Positions 9,723 to 22,241 are shown, counted from the first letter of the whole stretch. The stretch: DNA of 63,843 bases, filler included, from Vannella sp. (GCA_023345925.1; 9 parts of 9 records of this genome joined end to end with filler, not necessarily neighbours in it), one strand, 5' to 3'. Numbers and translations: made by a program. Notes: generated by a model not told the origin, from the letters alone.

Positions 9723-12700
9723 ATGCGCTTTGTTGTTTTGGCTGTTTGTCTCCTTTTGTGCAGACAAGGGTTGACGTGCAACTTCGACTTCTTTGGCGAC
9801 TACGTGCTCTCGTCCACATCGTTGGATTGTCCGAGTGGAATGCGCATCAACGCGTTCAGCGGAAGAGTGACCTTCATTAACTCCCAGGTGAACGCAACAA
9901 CGTTCTTTGTCTTTGGTAGAGGTAATGTTGTCTTCGAGGAATGTACCTTCCTGATCAACCAGACCGACTTGTCCTTCATTCAATCGTCCATCAACTCGGA
10001 TAGTTCGGTGGTGATCAAGAACTCCTCCTTCGTCTTCGAGGACTCCAATCCTATGCATATTGGATGTCAACAAGGGCTTATGGTATCTAACAGTGACTTC
10101 CACTTGCAAGGAGGCTACGATTTGGGTTCCTCGCAGATATTCATGGATCTTACGCGTGTTACTGCTAAGCAGGTGACAGTTGGAAGTAGCAGCGATATGC
10201 AAGTTCAGGAATCCTCCATTGTGGCGTATGATTTGATTGCCCTCACTCCAGGAGGAACTAGCCTCTTCGTTGGCAGCACATTCGAGGCTCCTTCCGTGAC
10301 CATTGGAGGTGGCCAGATGTCAACTACTACGGTGAAATCAACCAATGTGACAGCTAGCACCGAGCTCTCCTTCAATCCAGGCGGAGTTGTCATTTTGGAG
10401 GAAAGTTGGCTTAACTCCTCGCAGATCAGTTTCTTTGGAGAAGGAGCTTTCCTGAATGCCAGTTCGGTTCATTCCAGCGGTTTAGTCCAATTCGCCGTGC
10501 AATCTGATATCACTCTGCTAGATAGCCCTACTGTTGTCTCTGGGGTCTCCTTTGCTTCAAACGCGACAATCAAAATACGGAACTCTCCTCTGGAAGGCTC
10601 TTTTGGACCAATCGTCTTTGTTACTCCATTCGATATCCTTCTGGAAAACAGTCCTGCAGTTGCTACCGAGTTTTCCTTTGAATCGAACGCTACAATCCAA
10701 ATGGTTAATTCTCCTCTGAATGCTACTGCAACTGGAATCTATGTGGCAACTAGCGACGCTGTCATGTTCTCAAATTCATCTCTCTGGTCCAATGGAACAA
10801 TCCACCTTGCTGTTGCTCTTTCGATCCAAATGGATGGCTCTTTAACTGCTGTCGACAATGTCTTCCTGGGCAGTTATGGTGATATCACTTTGCGGGGCAA
10901 TTTTAGTTGTTTAGACCTTACGATCCTCTCCAACCAGTCCGTTTCTATCCAACAATCACTGATTTTAAGCTCAACCGGAAGTGTCAATCTCACAGGCTCC
11001 CTTCGAGTGGAAGACTCCTTCTGGAGCTGCTCTGGAATACTTCAGATCTATCCTGGAGGTGGCTTCGATCTAACGGATAGCCCAATGAATGCGATTCTGG
11101 AGGTTGGAGGTGGCCAGACTGTCATTACCCGTTCTCCAATTACAAGCTCAAGTGGAGTTACCATCTCTCCAGGAGGGAGCGTTGGAATAACTGACAGCCC
11201 AATACTCGCCAATGGCAGAGTGTTCATTGGTGGTATTGGAGGAACTGAGCTTCTCAATTCGAGCATCACAGCTAACGGAGATGTGGAGATTCTGCCAGAC
11301 GGAATTGCAGTACTTAATTCTAATCCTGTGACAGCCTTTCTCATTCGAGTCCATGGTGACACCATCACACTTCTATCTAGTAGCCTCCAAAGCCAAACAA
11401 GAACATTCTTCAATTGTACCAATCAATTGGAGTTGACTCAGTCCTTCATCAGCTCTCCAGATATCCTCATCGGAGCTGGCGGTAATGTCTTTGCCACTAG
11501 AACCTCTTTCTCAGCGGAAGGAGGGAGTCTTGGCTTCTTTATTGGTTCTGGGGCAAACGTGACGTTCAACGCGTCTCCCATTGTCACAGATGGAATCTTC
11601 CGCTTGGGCTGTCGAGGAGAGGCTGGCTTCATGGACTCGAATGTGGCCTGTGATGTGTTCAAAAGTGGAACTTTCGCAAACACTGTTCTCACTCGATCGA
11701 ATGTATTCGCCTCTCGCTCTCTCTCGGTCGCTCCTGGTGGAGATCTTCTTGTATCAGAAGGCTTCCTGAATAGCAGCTCTATTCTGTTGACTCCTATTGG
11801 AATGATACATCTCGAAAGCAGCCAAGTAAAAGGAACAAGCGTTAAACTTGTCTCTGAAGCGCACATTCTTGTCGACAAAGTCCTCATTAACTCGTCGTCA
11901 CTCGCTTTCACTTCCAGGTCGCTTTCACAGACAGCATTAACTATTCGAGACTCTATCTTGGATTACCAGTCCCTCTTGACTATGAACTCCACCGGTAGTC
12001 CGGCCATCGGAGTCCAAAGTGTCGAGTTCTATTCCTCAAGCGGAGCCGTGGAGATTCTTGGTGAGGACCTCCAAGGGGCTTCAACCTTTAACTTTACCAG
12101 GTCGTTTAACGTTAACAACTTGAGCATCTCCCCAATCAATGGAGGGGCGCTGAATCTTCTGTTCCTGGGAAATACAACAGTCACATTCTCGGGAGAGCTG
12201 TCGCTGACGACAAACAGCTCAACAGGAGACAGCGACCACTTGATTGCAAACCACCTCTTTGATGTCACCCAAGTTACTCGGGGAGCAATCACTGATGTAA
12301 CTCCTACTGAAGGATACATCAATTTTGCTGGAGGCTTGACTGGTTTTGGGCCGAACTTTACTTTCCCTCTCTTCACTCTTATCAATGGGACTGTCTCACT
12401 CCTTGACTTGAACCTGACAAGCTCCACAAACTACGAAAAAGTGTTCCTCCCAGCTCGCTTGTCACCATTCCAGGCCAGAGTCAGTTTGGAGTCATTCAGT
12501 GCGGGACCAAGCCAGCTTTTGTATCCAGTCAGCTGCCAATCGTTTGAGTTTCTCCGTTTTGTAGACGCCAATTTCTCCTCCTTACAAGAGTATTCTCTGC
12601 TGCAGGTTGCTGACGGCACTGAACTGATTGTCTCCTTCCGCGTGGTCGATCCAGCTCCTATTACTCGTGTGCGGGCCATTCTTGGGTCTCTTTCTGTTCA

Positions 12701-13192
12701 TGCGAACTCTCCTCCATTGGCAAGGGACACGTTTTGTACTTTAGCGTGTGATAGCTCCCTCTGCACATGTTGTTCTTCAATTGGTGACATCACTTATGAT
12801 GCGGATTTACTTGACAATGTCACAGTTATCCAGTTTGGTCCTTCGTCTCTGGGGAACGCTTCTCTTGTTCTCAACGGTACTGATGCTTGCGTTGAGTTGG
12901 TAGGATTCACATCTCTTCCTTTCAATGACTCCCTCCCATTTGTTGCCCGCGACACTCCAGGGTCTCAGTCATTGCCAGCGTTTTTCCACTTCCGAAAACC
13001 GTCCAGTACACAGTCTCCCAGTCCTTCCCTTGTCAGCCAGACTCCCTCGAACACAATCTCGGAATCTGCTTCGCGAACGGAGACGAACTCCCACTCTTCT
13101 TCGACCAGCGAAAGTTACACCCCTTCGCCTTCCTCTACATCTTCTCCATCGCCCTCGGAATCGAGTCCGTTCCCGACAGCCACGCTTCCTGC
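9723..13192 (+). CDS. Large secreted/surface beta-solenoid protein with Ser/Thr/Pro stalk; 3' truncated
   Basis: Signal peptide MRFVVLAVCLLLC, quasi-repeats of about 20-22 aa (L..SP(I/L).A...V.I..GG), many NxS/T sequons, S/T/P-rich C-terminal region. Confidence 0.75.
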
Positions 13193-13292
13193 NNNNNNNN
13201 NNNNNNNNNNNNNNNNNNNNNNNNNNNNNNNNNNNNTTAATTAATTAANNNNNNNNNNNNNNNNNNNNNNNNNNNNNNNNNNNNNNNNNNNN
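13193..13292. other. Artificial contig spacer
   Basis: N44-TTAATTAATTAA-N44. Confidence 0.99.
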
Positions 13293-13379
13293 ATGAATTC
13301 CCCACCGATTTAAAGTGACTGGGAATGATTTTCCGATATTTGTCCTCCTCAATGATGGAGTTCGGATTCTGGATTTGAA

Positions 13380-14486
13380 CTACTCCTGGGAGCATAAGGG
13401 AAGGCTGAGGAAGGGCATGGCGATGGACGTGCTGTCGGTGAGGCCGTGGAGGGAGTAATGTTGATTCCGAGCATAACCGTCCCCGCAACACCCAGAAAGT
13501 AAGCCAATCTCGCACTCCTTTGTGTCAAACTCTACGTCAAAGGCGTGGTCATGGCCGCCCACGGGGCCCTGATATCCTAACGGAAGAGATTCCCCGCCAA
13601 AGGCAGCACCGGCTATTCCTGCCCGCGGCAAAGCCACCAAGAAGCGTCCTGCCGCCTCCAAATCAGTCTTCCAACCCTCAGGACACCCCACAGCATTGAA
13701 TAGAAGAGCAGAGTCGGGCATAGACTGTACCACCACGGACTTGTCTTGAGATACGCAAGTGAGATATTGAATGTACGGGATGTTCGTCGACTCGCTGCTT
13801 GTGCTGCCACTGACTGGCACAGTGGTCTGCTGACCTACGTTGTCGTTACAGCAGCCCTCAATACCAGCGAAAGACACGTCCGAGAACTCCACCGTGTTCT
13901 CACTTCCATTGATTCCATGCGAATGGCTGATGGCAGCGCCATACGGCAGGGGTGGAGCCACGGAAGACACTGCACCTTTCTCTTGGAAGCCTCCAAGCAA
14001 GAAGCGACCGTCAGCTTCGCTAAAGACGGTCCAATTGGCGGGGCAGACCTTTGCTGAGCTGCCAAAGAAGGCCACCGTGCCGAAGGGGACTACAATGGCG
14101 TTGTCTGTCTGGTTGAGGGTACAGAGCTTGTACTGACTAAAGGGCACGCCACTGGTGCTTGTCTCCGTCTGGTTCTTGAGGGTGAAAGTCTCCGCGCAAG
14201 CACCTTGCCCGTCACAGCAGTTATCAGCGGCGATGGGCTTCGAAGGAAGGGTGAGAGTGACCAAGTACGAATGATCATGCGTTGGATCTTGCTTGTTAGC
14301 CAAAGGAGACCCCACAGTTCGACCTCCTTGAGCCGGACTGCTCACAGACAACACCAAACGCCCCGCAGCCGCTCGGTCCTCGTACCACGAAGGAGGGCAG
14401 CTTTCCGACGCAAAGAACAGCGTCAAAGCCTCTGGTGCTGCAGCTACAAGCCACACGAACGACAAAGTCACTAGAACCCAACGCAT
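13380..14486 (-). CDS. Secreted protein with three tandem phage tail-collar/fibre-like repeats
   Basis: Signal peptide MRWVLVTLSFVWLVAAA, then 3 x [CPxxW...GR(L/F)...HxH...CC...P(F/Y)....C]; 368 aa, intronless. The ORF and repeats are solid; the phage similarity is inferred. Confidence 0.7.
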   Translation of the reverse strand: MRWVLVTLSFVWLVAAAPEALTLFFASESCPPSWYEDRAAAGRLVLSVSSPAQGGRTVGSPLANKQDPTHDHSYLVTLTLPSKPIAADNCCDGQGACAETFTLKNQTETSTSGVPFSQYKLCTLNQTDNAIVVPFGTVAFFGSSAKVCPANWTVFSEADGRFLLGGFQEKGAVSSVAPPLPYGAAISHSHGINGSENTVEFSDVSFAGIEGCCNDNVGQQTTVPVSGSTSSESTNIPYIQYLTCVSQDKSVVVQSMPDSALLFNAVGCPEGWKTDLEAAGRFLVALPRAGIAGAAFGGESLPLGYQGPVGGHDHAFDVEFDTKECEIGLLSGCCGDGYARNQHYSLHGLTDSTSIAMPFLSLPLCSQE

Positions 14487-14539
14487 GGTAGCGGACCACA
14501 GTAAAGTGCCGAAAAGGGGTGTATTTCGGTCGCCAGAGC

Positions 14540-15952
14540 TCAGGAGTCGATCCATTTGATGTCACCGACAAGAAGGTAGCGACTGGGTAGCTCAAAAGAC
14601 GAAGGAGCCAGCAGAGTGAGCCTCCGTCGGTCTGAGTCCACCGACTTGCTGTTGGATCTTGATCAGAAGGGCAGGAGAGGTAGGGTGAGTGTGACACGTA
14701 CATGTGGAGGTATCCAGCAACGTTGTAATCGAGGAGTGTGCTCTCATCATCACTGCGCGAGACCGCCACGATCGAATGAACGAGAGTCTCCGAAGGATCG
14801 ATCAGCTCCAGGTCGACTGGGCTCTGCACACTACTTGATCCTAAAGGAAGTGCTGCAAGGGGAGCTCGGAACCCTCCACCAACGCGATAGAAGGCAATCT
14901 CACTCCAAGAAAGTGTGATGACGCGGGGGGACAGATCCTGCTTCGGCCCGTAGAAGTACTGGCGGATTGCATCGTTCCTTGTCTTCCTCCGGAACTCGCT
15001 TGTCCTTGGTACAACCTAGTATGAGTGTCAGCCTCCTCCCGGGAGCGTGAGGAGAGACTTACTCCTCCGGACTTTGGTAGTTTGACGATATCTAAGCCCT
15101 GTTGGCCCTGGTTGGCCTTCTTCAGGTCATTGTAGAGTCTATCGTTGTCCAGAACGAGGACAACGTTGGCGCGAGAGAGCCGAATGGTCTCTTGGAGGAG
15201 CTCGTACCCCTTTCCTGTGACCCAGCCAGGTGTGTTGATGATCATTCCTGAGTTCCTTACTTGACTCATGTCAGTGGACTCTCTTTCCGCAGAGTGGTCC
15301 CCAACTTACCTTCCGTGTCGTCTTTGACCGCAAGGTCGAGCTCCTTGAAGAGAGTTCCGACTTGGCGCTTGTAGCACTCTTCATTGGTGGCCAGATCCGC
15401 ATGGCCATAGAAGTAGACCAAAGGAACTTGTTTGGAGAAGCCCTCATCCATGCTGTAGGGACGATCAGCGTGAATGGCGGAAATCATGCCAGGGACGGTG
15501 ATATTCCCTTGTCCGATGTCCAGATCGACGTAGAGTGGCTTTCTACCTAAACGAGACGCATATCCCAAGAGTATCTTACAAAGAGAGCTCTTCCCTGTGT
15601 CTGTTGGGCCGGCAATGACCACCCGAGGAGCGGGCTCTCCCAAGTTATCCGATTCTACGCGACGGGCTTCAAGGATGCCGTGTGTATTCGCATAGAGAAC
15701 CATCGGGGTGTCCTCTTCTGTGTACGCATTGTGGCTACCAATGAGTTCCACGGTGGCCCCATGCCAGGTGAAGATGGCGATCTTGCAAACACCCAAGTGG
15801 AAGGTGTGATGCAGTGGCATCTCCGTCCCAAAGATCTCCGCCATCCCTTTCATCAACTGTAACTCCACCTTCTGGCCCCAATCCACCTCCAAACGAAGTT
15901 CCTGCCGAGGACCAAGCACATAACTCGTCGCCCCACTCCGCCCGCTCGCCAT
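14540..15952 (-). CDS. CLP1: Polyribonucleotide 5'-hydroxyl kinase Clp1 (multi-exon)
   Basis: ELRLEV, GMAEIFGTE, IAIFTWHG, P-loop GPTDTGKSSL, DLDIGQG, PLVYFYG, GMIINTPGW, KLPKSGGV; spliced end LLVGDIKWIDS*. Confidence 0.93.
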
Positions 15953-16035
15953 AACGAAATGATTTTTCCATTTCTCCAGAAAAAAGAGAAAATAAAAACT
16001 TTCGAGCGATTGGAGGGATTTGCTGGCGGCTGCGG

Positions 16036-17838
16036 ATGGGAGGCAAGAACGTCTTGCTCGACATCATGTCGGAGCCGGTTTACGATTTTTCGGATGACGA
16101 ACCAGACGCACCACTTCCCGGGAGAGAGTCGCCCGTGAGGGAGGCGGAACGACCGCGCGAGGAGGCTTCGCCCACTTTCGGTCCTTCTCAGGACACGGTG
16201 GCTCGTCCACAGGCTCAACGGCCTTCTTCTTCACCTAGGAGAGAAAGCTATCCGCAACGTGATCGTGAGGGGCATCGAGGGCGCGAGCAAGGCTCCTACT
16301 CGCGAGGGAACCAAGCAGACCGTCGCCAAGACTATTCTCGCCGAGAGGACCGTCGTGATGAGACCCGAAACGAACGCTTCAGTCAATACGAACGTGCTCC
16401 TTACCATCGTGATGATCGTTCTCGAGAGAACAACCAGCCCAAACAAGTTCCCTTCGCGCGAGGCCGCCATCCTTCACGAGAACCCACCAGCCCAAACAAG
16501 TTCCCTTCGCGCGAGCTGTTTGGTCGACCCCAAGCGTATCCAGTGCCTTCTCCAGCTCCCAGAAGTCTACTACCTTTAGAGAAGAGGACTATCAAAGTGT
16601 TAGGAGCGCCCCTGAAAGAACGGTTCGCCGAAGAGGTGTTGAAAGACCACTTTGATCCCATTCGCGACTGGCGACGGCACTACTGGGACTACACAACGAC
16701 CCAAATCACCAAGATCATAGATGATGGTACTAACAGGCAACAGGAACCCCGCCGAGAGGAGCTAGAGCGCCCTTCCCCCAACACTCGGTCGCGGGAGGAG
16801 CCTCGCCGCGCTCCGTCTCCTGTCCCCATCCCTGTGCAGACCCCTTATCAGTCTTCTTACCAAACACCTTCTAGGAACCCTGCTTGGGCACCACAGGGGA
16901 GCTACTACTTGATCTACGCGGAGGAGGAGAAGTTCAATCAAGCCGCAAAGGATCTGCGCTGGTCTATGCCGAGGGGGCCGATTGAAAGTGCTCTGAACGA
17001 AGCGCTGAAGGGAGGGGCTTCACTGACACTTATCTTCTTCTGCCAGGCCATCCTGGGCTGTGCACAGTTGGACTCCCCGCTGACTTGCGGGAGCAGCTTC
17101 ATTCCTTCGGCCTCGATCAGCCGGGTGGTGCGAGGGCATGTTCCCTTCACTAAGCTGACTGGCTTTGAGCCCGTTGATGGACACTTGCTCCGCCTTGAAG
17201 TGGGAAGAGCGATCTACCGGGCGCTTTACAAGCCTTCATCAGCGGGAGAGGAGCCAAGGAGGCCTCCTTCACCTCGCTATCGTGAACATCCTTCCTCGTC
17301 TTACCCACACCAAGAGCGCACACAGGAGAGAAGAGCTGCTAGCCCAACAAGGCAACCTGCAGGGCGCGATCGTCCAAGAGGGCCTTGGGATTCTGATCGT
17401 TCCCCTCGGCGGTGGATGGAAAAGGGACTTAGTAGGCCCGAACCGCAGAGCTTCTGGAAGCTTCACGGCCCGCCTCCTGATATGCAAGAGCAGGAGTCTC
17501 GCATTCTCGATCTGGTTCTAACATTGGATCCTTCCTCTCCACGCCCGACGCCTGTTCGCTCCTTCCCAGTTAGTACTCGTGATGGTCCTCATTCTCAGTC
17601 AGGCGGTCCCCGCCAGAACTACCGCGCTCCCAATCAAAGCAATGGAGATCGCGGGGGATACAAAGGCCAAGGTCAAGGCCGGGCGAATGGAAACAGTGAT
17701 AATCGCAGTAGAAACTACCAAGACCAAGGTAATGGGGGCCGCGGAGGGTCCTACCAAAGCCGAGGTAATGACAGTCGCGGTGGATCCTACCAAGGTCAAA
17801 GTCAAGGTCATGGTGGCGGATCGAATCAAAGGCACTAA
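16036..17838 (+). CDS. Arg/Ser/Pro-rich protein with a divergent YTH-like domain and Gly/Gln/Asn/Arg-rich tail
   Basis: Segment ~16897-17230: YYLIY...RWSMP...LNEALK...LIFF...GCAQLDSP...VPFTKL...DGHLL.LEVGRAIYRAL follows YTH motif spacing. Start may be 16066. Confidence 0.6.
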   Translation: MGGKNVLLDIMSEPVYDFSDDEPDAPLPGRESPVREAERPREEASPTFGPSQDTVARPQAQRPSSSPRRESYPQRDREGHRGREQGSYSRGNQADRRQDYSRREDRRDETRNERFSQYERAPYHRDDRSRENNQPKQVPFARGRHPSREPTSPNKFPSRELFGRPQAYPVPSPAPRSLLPLEKRTIKVLGAPLKERFAEEVLKDHFDPIRDWRRHYWDYTTTQITKIIDDGTNRQQEPRREELERPSPNTRSREEPRRAPSPVPIPVQTPYQSSYQTPSRNPAWAPQGSYYLIYAEEEKFNQAAKDLRWSMPRGPIESALNEALKGGASLTLIFFCQAILGCAQLDSPLTCGSSFIPSASISRVVRGHVPFTKLTGFEPVDGHLLRLEVGRAIYRALYKPSSAGEEPRRPPSPRYREHPSSSYPHQERTQERRAASPTRQPAGRDRPRGPWDSDRSPRRWMEKGLSRPEPQSFWKLHGPPPDMQEQESRILDLVLTLDPSSPRPTPVRSFPVSTRDGPHSQSGGPRQNYRAPNQSNGDRGGYKGQGQGRANGNSDNRSRNYQDQGNGGRGGSYQSRGNDSRGGSYQGQSQGHGGGSNQRH

Positions 17839-18412
17839 CTCGCGTTTGGCTGCGTCATCAGCGCAATACACCTTTCCCCAGCGGACTATGTCTTGAGTAT
17901 CTTTGTGCCTTACCTTTGAGCAAACTATCTGGATGAGAATGTCTGGCTGGAGTGTGACTGGAAAATCTTCTTTCTTCTGATAATCGTCAACTCAAATGAG
18001 ATTCTCTGAAGGCTTGTTGCTCTGAGCCTAACAACATTCGAGAAATCTATTGTGCTCAAAGGTGGGGAGAGGCGCCGGCTAGAATGAACTCGTGGATGGA
18101 ACGAACGTTGGACGTGCCCGTCACCTTTTGGATTTCCATGTCGTGCATTGGTCATCTGAAAGGGAACACACAGAAGTGAGATGGATTACTGTGCAGCATT
18201 CTCATCCATACAGGGACATTGAAGAAGTGAATCGTTTGAATTCTAGCTTTTGAATGGGAGCCGAGTTCGAGACTGGGCAGTGAAATCAGAGATCAAAGAC
18301 TTTATCATTCCTTTACAGAAACGTTTGTAACAGTTCGTTGATTTGATATATTCAGAGCGTTAGAATCTCCCGGAACGTGGATAATTGGATCGTGCTGGCT
18401 TTACCAACGCAT

Positions 18413-19640
<1,228 letters not shown>

Positions 19641-19760
19641 TTACTTTGGCCCAGAATCAATCCCACAAAAAAAAAACCACACAACACATATACTTTATTA
19701 TTATGGACGAAGAGGGTAATCAATTCTAATACCGGTGTTCTTGGACGCGATGGTTAGAGT

Positions 19761-21335
19761 TTATGTGTTTTTGTTGAAGAGCAAGAAGCCCGCAATGCCC
19801 AAAGACACAACACCGATGGCGATTACTCCAAACTTGATGCGGAGATTCCTCTGGGGATCTGCCATCATCACTCTTTGAGTTGTTGCATGTGCAACAGGGA
19901 GATCTTGGGAGACCGAGGAGTTGTGGGTTTGGGGTTGCCCCACTTTAGAAGCATCCTTCTTGGACTGCTTGTCCTCCTCCTCCACTAGGGAAGCCTCCTT
20001 CTTGAGACTAATCTTTCTGTGGATGAGCTCAGGGGCTTCAGGGTTCTTGGTAACATCTCCTTTGGAAGTAAGATCAACCTGACAATCATCTGCTTCAGAG
20101 GGGACAAGGAGAGCTTCAGACTCCATTTTCTGTGCTCCCTTTTGATCCCCCTCGACCACCTCATCGGCTTCGAGGACTTCAGAATCATATTGGCACTCCT
20201 GCTCTTGAGCTCGCAGGTCCTTTCCAATGGCTACAGAAGCATCAGAAGTGTCCTTCTTCAAAAGGGCAATATGAGAGTTGGCACTCTTCTTTTGAGGGCG
20301 AATGGAGAAAGGAAGAGCGGGTTGGAAAGGTGACAAGGTTGGGGTGCTGAGATTTGTGGTGTGATTGAGTCCGAGCATCCCGTAATAGTTGTTTCCGAAG
20401 ACCAGCAATCCGCCTCCCACGGGGAAGGCCAAAGAATGATACCTCCCCGCCACGAGAAGCGTTTCTTGCAACGAAGGAATCAGAGTAGGCTGGAGCTGAT
20501 GGGAAGTGCTTCCTGTCCCCAATTGGCCTGATGTGCCGCATCCCCAACTCCAGCAGCCGCCTCCTTCATCCATGGAGAGAGCGTGATTGTGTCCGCAGGA
20601 CACTCTCAGCATCGGCGGGATGTCTCTAATACGCAGCAGCTTGGAATCTTCTACATCCTCCAACTCAGAAGGGCGTCCCAGTTGGCCGGTGCTGTTTCGC
20701 CCAGCCGAGAAGACGGAGCCTTCTGAGTCGATGAGAATCACTCCATCTCCTTGAGTTGCCAGACATCGTAGAGGCCCTTCGGAAAGCTCTTCCACTTGAA
20801 CGAGAGTCGGTTGGTGAATGTAGTCGGTGTGGCCGAGGCCCAGTTGCCCGTAAGTGTTGTCTCCAAAGACCCAGAGGCCTCCTTGCCCCTCGGCCACGAT
20901 AAAGTCGTCACCACAAGCAAGCTTGGTGAGCGGTGGGAAGCCTTTCACTTGCTTTGGAACACCTTTGGCCCAAGGGGAGTCAGCGTCGTTCGTCCACACC
21001 CAAACGCCGCCATCGATGTCGAGCGCTGCACTGATTGTGTTGCTGCCAGCCGCTATCATTGTGATCTGAGGAAGCTCTGATATTCGTTGGAAGGTGAGAG
21101 AGGAAGAGGCCGCCCTAGAGTTACCAGCATCCCACACACCGCCCTCTGCATCAAGAACAAGAGAGGATTCACATCCACAGTCCACCTGAACCGGCTGCGG
21201 ACCATTCCAGGGCACCTTGACTGGCTCTAACTGATCGATCTTGTGACCAAGTCCGAGTTGACCCTCGTCGTTGCATCCAAAAGCGAAAAGGTCCCCTTCG
21301 AGAGAGAGGAGGAGCGTGTGTTGACCAAAGGGCAT
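19761..21335 (-). CDS. RCC1 repeat protein with C-terminal tail anchor; 5' end probably truncated
   Basis: FGCNDEGQLGLG, FGDNTYGQLGLG, GRNSTGQLG, WGCGTSGQLG; ends FGVIAIGVVSLGIAGFLLFNKNT (TM segment). Confidence 0.85.
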   Translation of the reverse strand: MPFGQHTLLLSLEGDLFAFGCNDEGQLGLGHKIDQLEPVKVPWNGPQPVQVDCGCESSLVLDAEGGVWDAGNSRAASSSLTFQRISELPQITMIAAGSNTISAALDIDGGVWVWTNDADSPWAKGVPKQVKGFPPLTKLACGDDFIVAEGQGGLWVFGDNTYGQLGLGHTDYIHQPTLVQVEELSEGPLRCLATQGDGVILIDSEGSVFSAGRNSTGQLGRPSELEDVEDSKLLRIRDIPPMLRVSCGHNHALSMDEGGGCWSWGCGTSGQLGTGSTSHQLQPTLIPSLQETLLVAGRYHSLAFPVGGGLLVFGNNYYGMLGLNHTTNLSTPTLSPFQPALPFSIRPQKKSANSHIALLKKDTSDASVAIGKDLRAQEQECQYDSEVLEADEVVEGDQKGAQKMESEALLVPSEADDCQVDLTSKGDVTKNPEAPELIHRKISLKKEASLVEEEDKQSKKDASKVGQPQTHNSSVSQDLPVAHATTQRVMMADPQRNLRIKFGVIAIGVVSLGIAGFLLFNKNT

Positions 21336-21435
21336 NNNNNNNNNNNNNNNNNNNNNNNNNNNNNNNNNNNNNNNNNNNNTTAATTAATTAANNNNNNNNN
21401 NNNNNNNNNNNNNNNNNNNNNNNNNNNNNNNNNNN
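21336..21435. other. Artificial contig spacer
   Basis: N44-TTAATTAATTAA-N44. Confidence 0.99.
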
Positions 21436-22083
21436 CAGCAGTGCTTGAGCGATCCCCTGGGTTTGCTCGTCGACGATCCCGTACCCCGCCTTGTGGATCC
21501 ATCCTTTGACCTCCTCTCCCAGTAGAATCGCTGAGACTTCAAGTGGTAGAACAGAAGGTAGCTTCTTGTGGCTCTTCCGGAGAGAAGGGGGCGGAGTGAG
21601 ATGTACGTAATGAAGCGCCATCTTCGTGGTAAGATGATGGAGACGCATGACCTTGGGCTTATCTGACGAACCAATACTCCGTGTACGTGCCAGTGCGGGT
21701 CTTGCTCGAGCCTTTTCTCCCCTCTTCAGAGAGACTGTCCGCTTCGGTAATCGGTTGTCTGGCTTCAATGGCTGGTCCCCAAGTATAGTTATGGAGGTCT
21801 CACTACTGCTACCTATAGGCATGGAGCCTTGTAGACGTCCAGAAGATCCTCTGATCCCCTTCTTCTTCTCAGGTCGTGGAGTGCGTGTGGGGCCAACCTC
21901 GCTGCTATTCCCCTCAGAAATCGGCATACTTGGGGGCTCACTGGGAGAACGCAGATCACGACCGTGTCGTAGTGACTTTGGACGCGAAGGGTCCCCATGC
22001 GAGGGCATCCCCACCACTGAAGGGACTGACAGACTGGCACACCGCCCTCTTCCAAAAGAGGACCTTTTCAGTGCGAGACACAC
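21436..22083 (-). CDS. 5' part of a gene with a disordered N-terminus and possible DEP-like segment; truncated
   Basis: Open frame to the contig edge ending LLGEEVKGWIHKAGYGIVDEQTQGIAQALL (weak DEP resemblance); exon structure unresolved. Confidence 0.3.
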
Positions 22084-22241
22084 TTTGACTTGTAATCATT
22101 GACTGATTGTTAAATTAAAAGGAGTGGAAGCGGTTTATCAAGAGACGTGATTAAGTGTCCCAAGAGAACCGTTTTGAATGAAAGGGGAAAGAGGATCCTT
22201 CGTTCGACCAGGTTTGTTCCTTGGATGCGCTGATGTACAGG

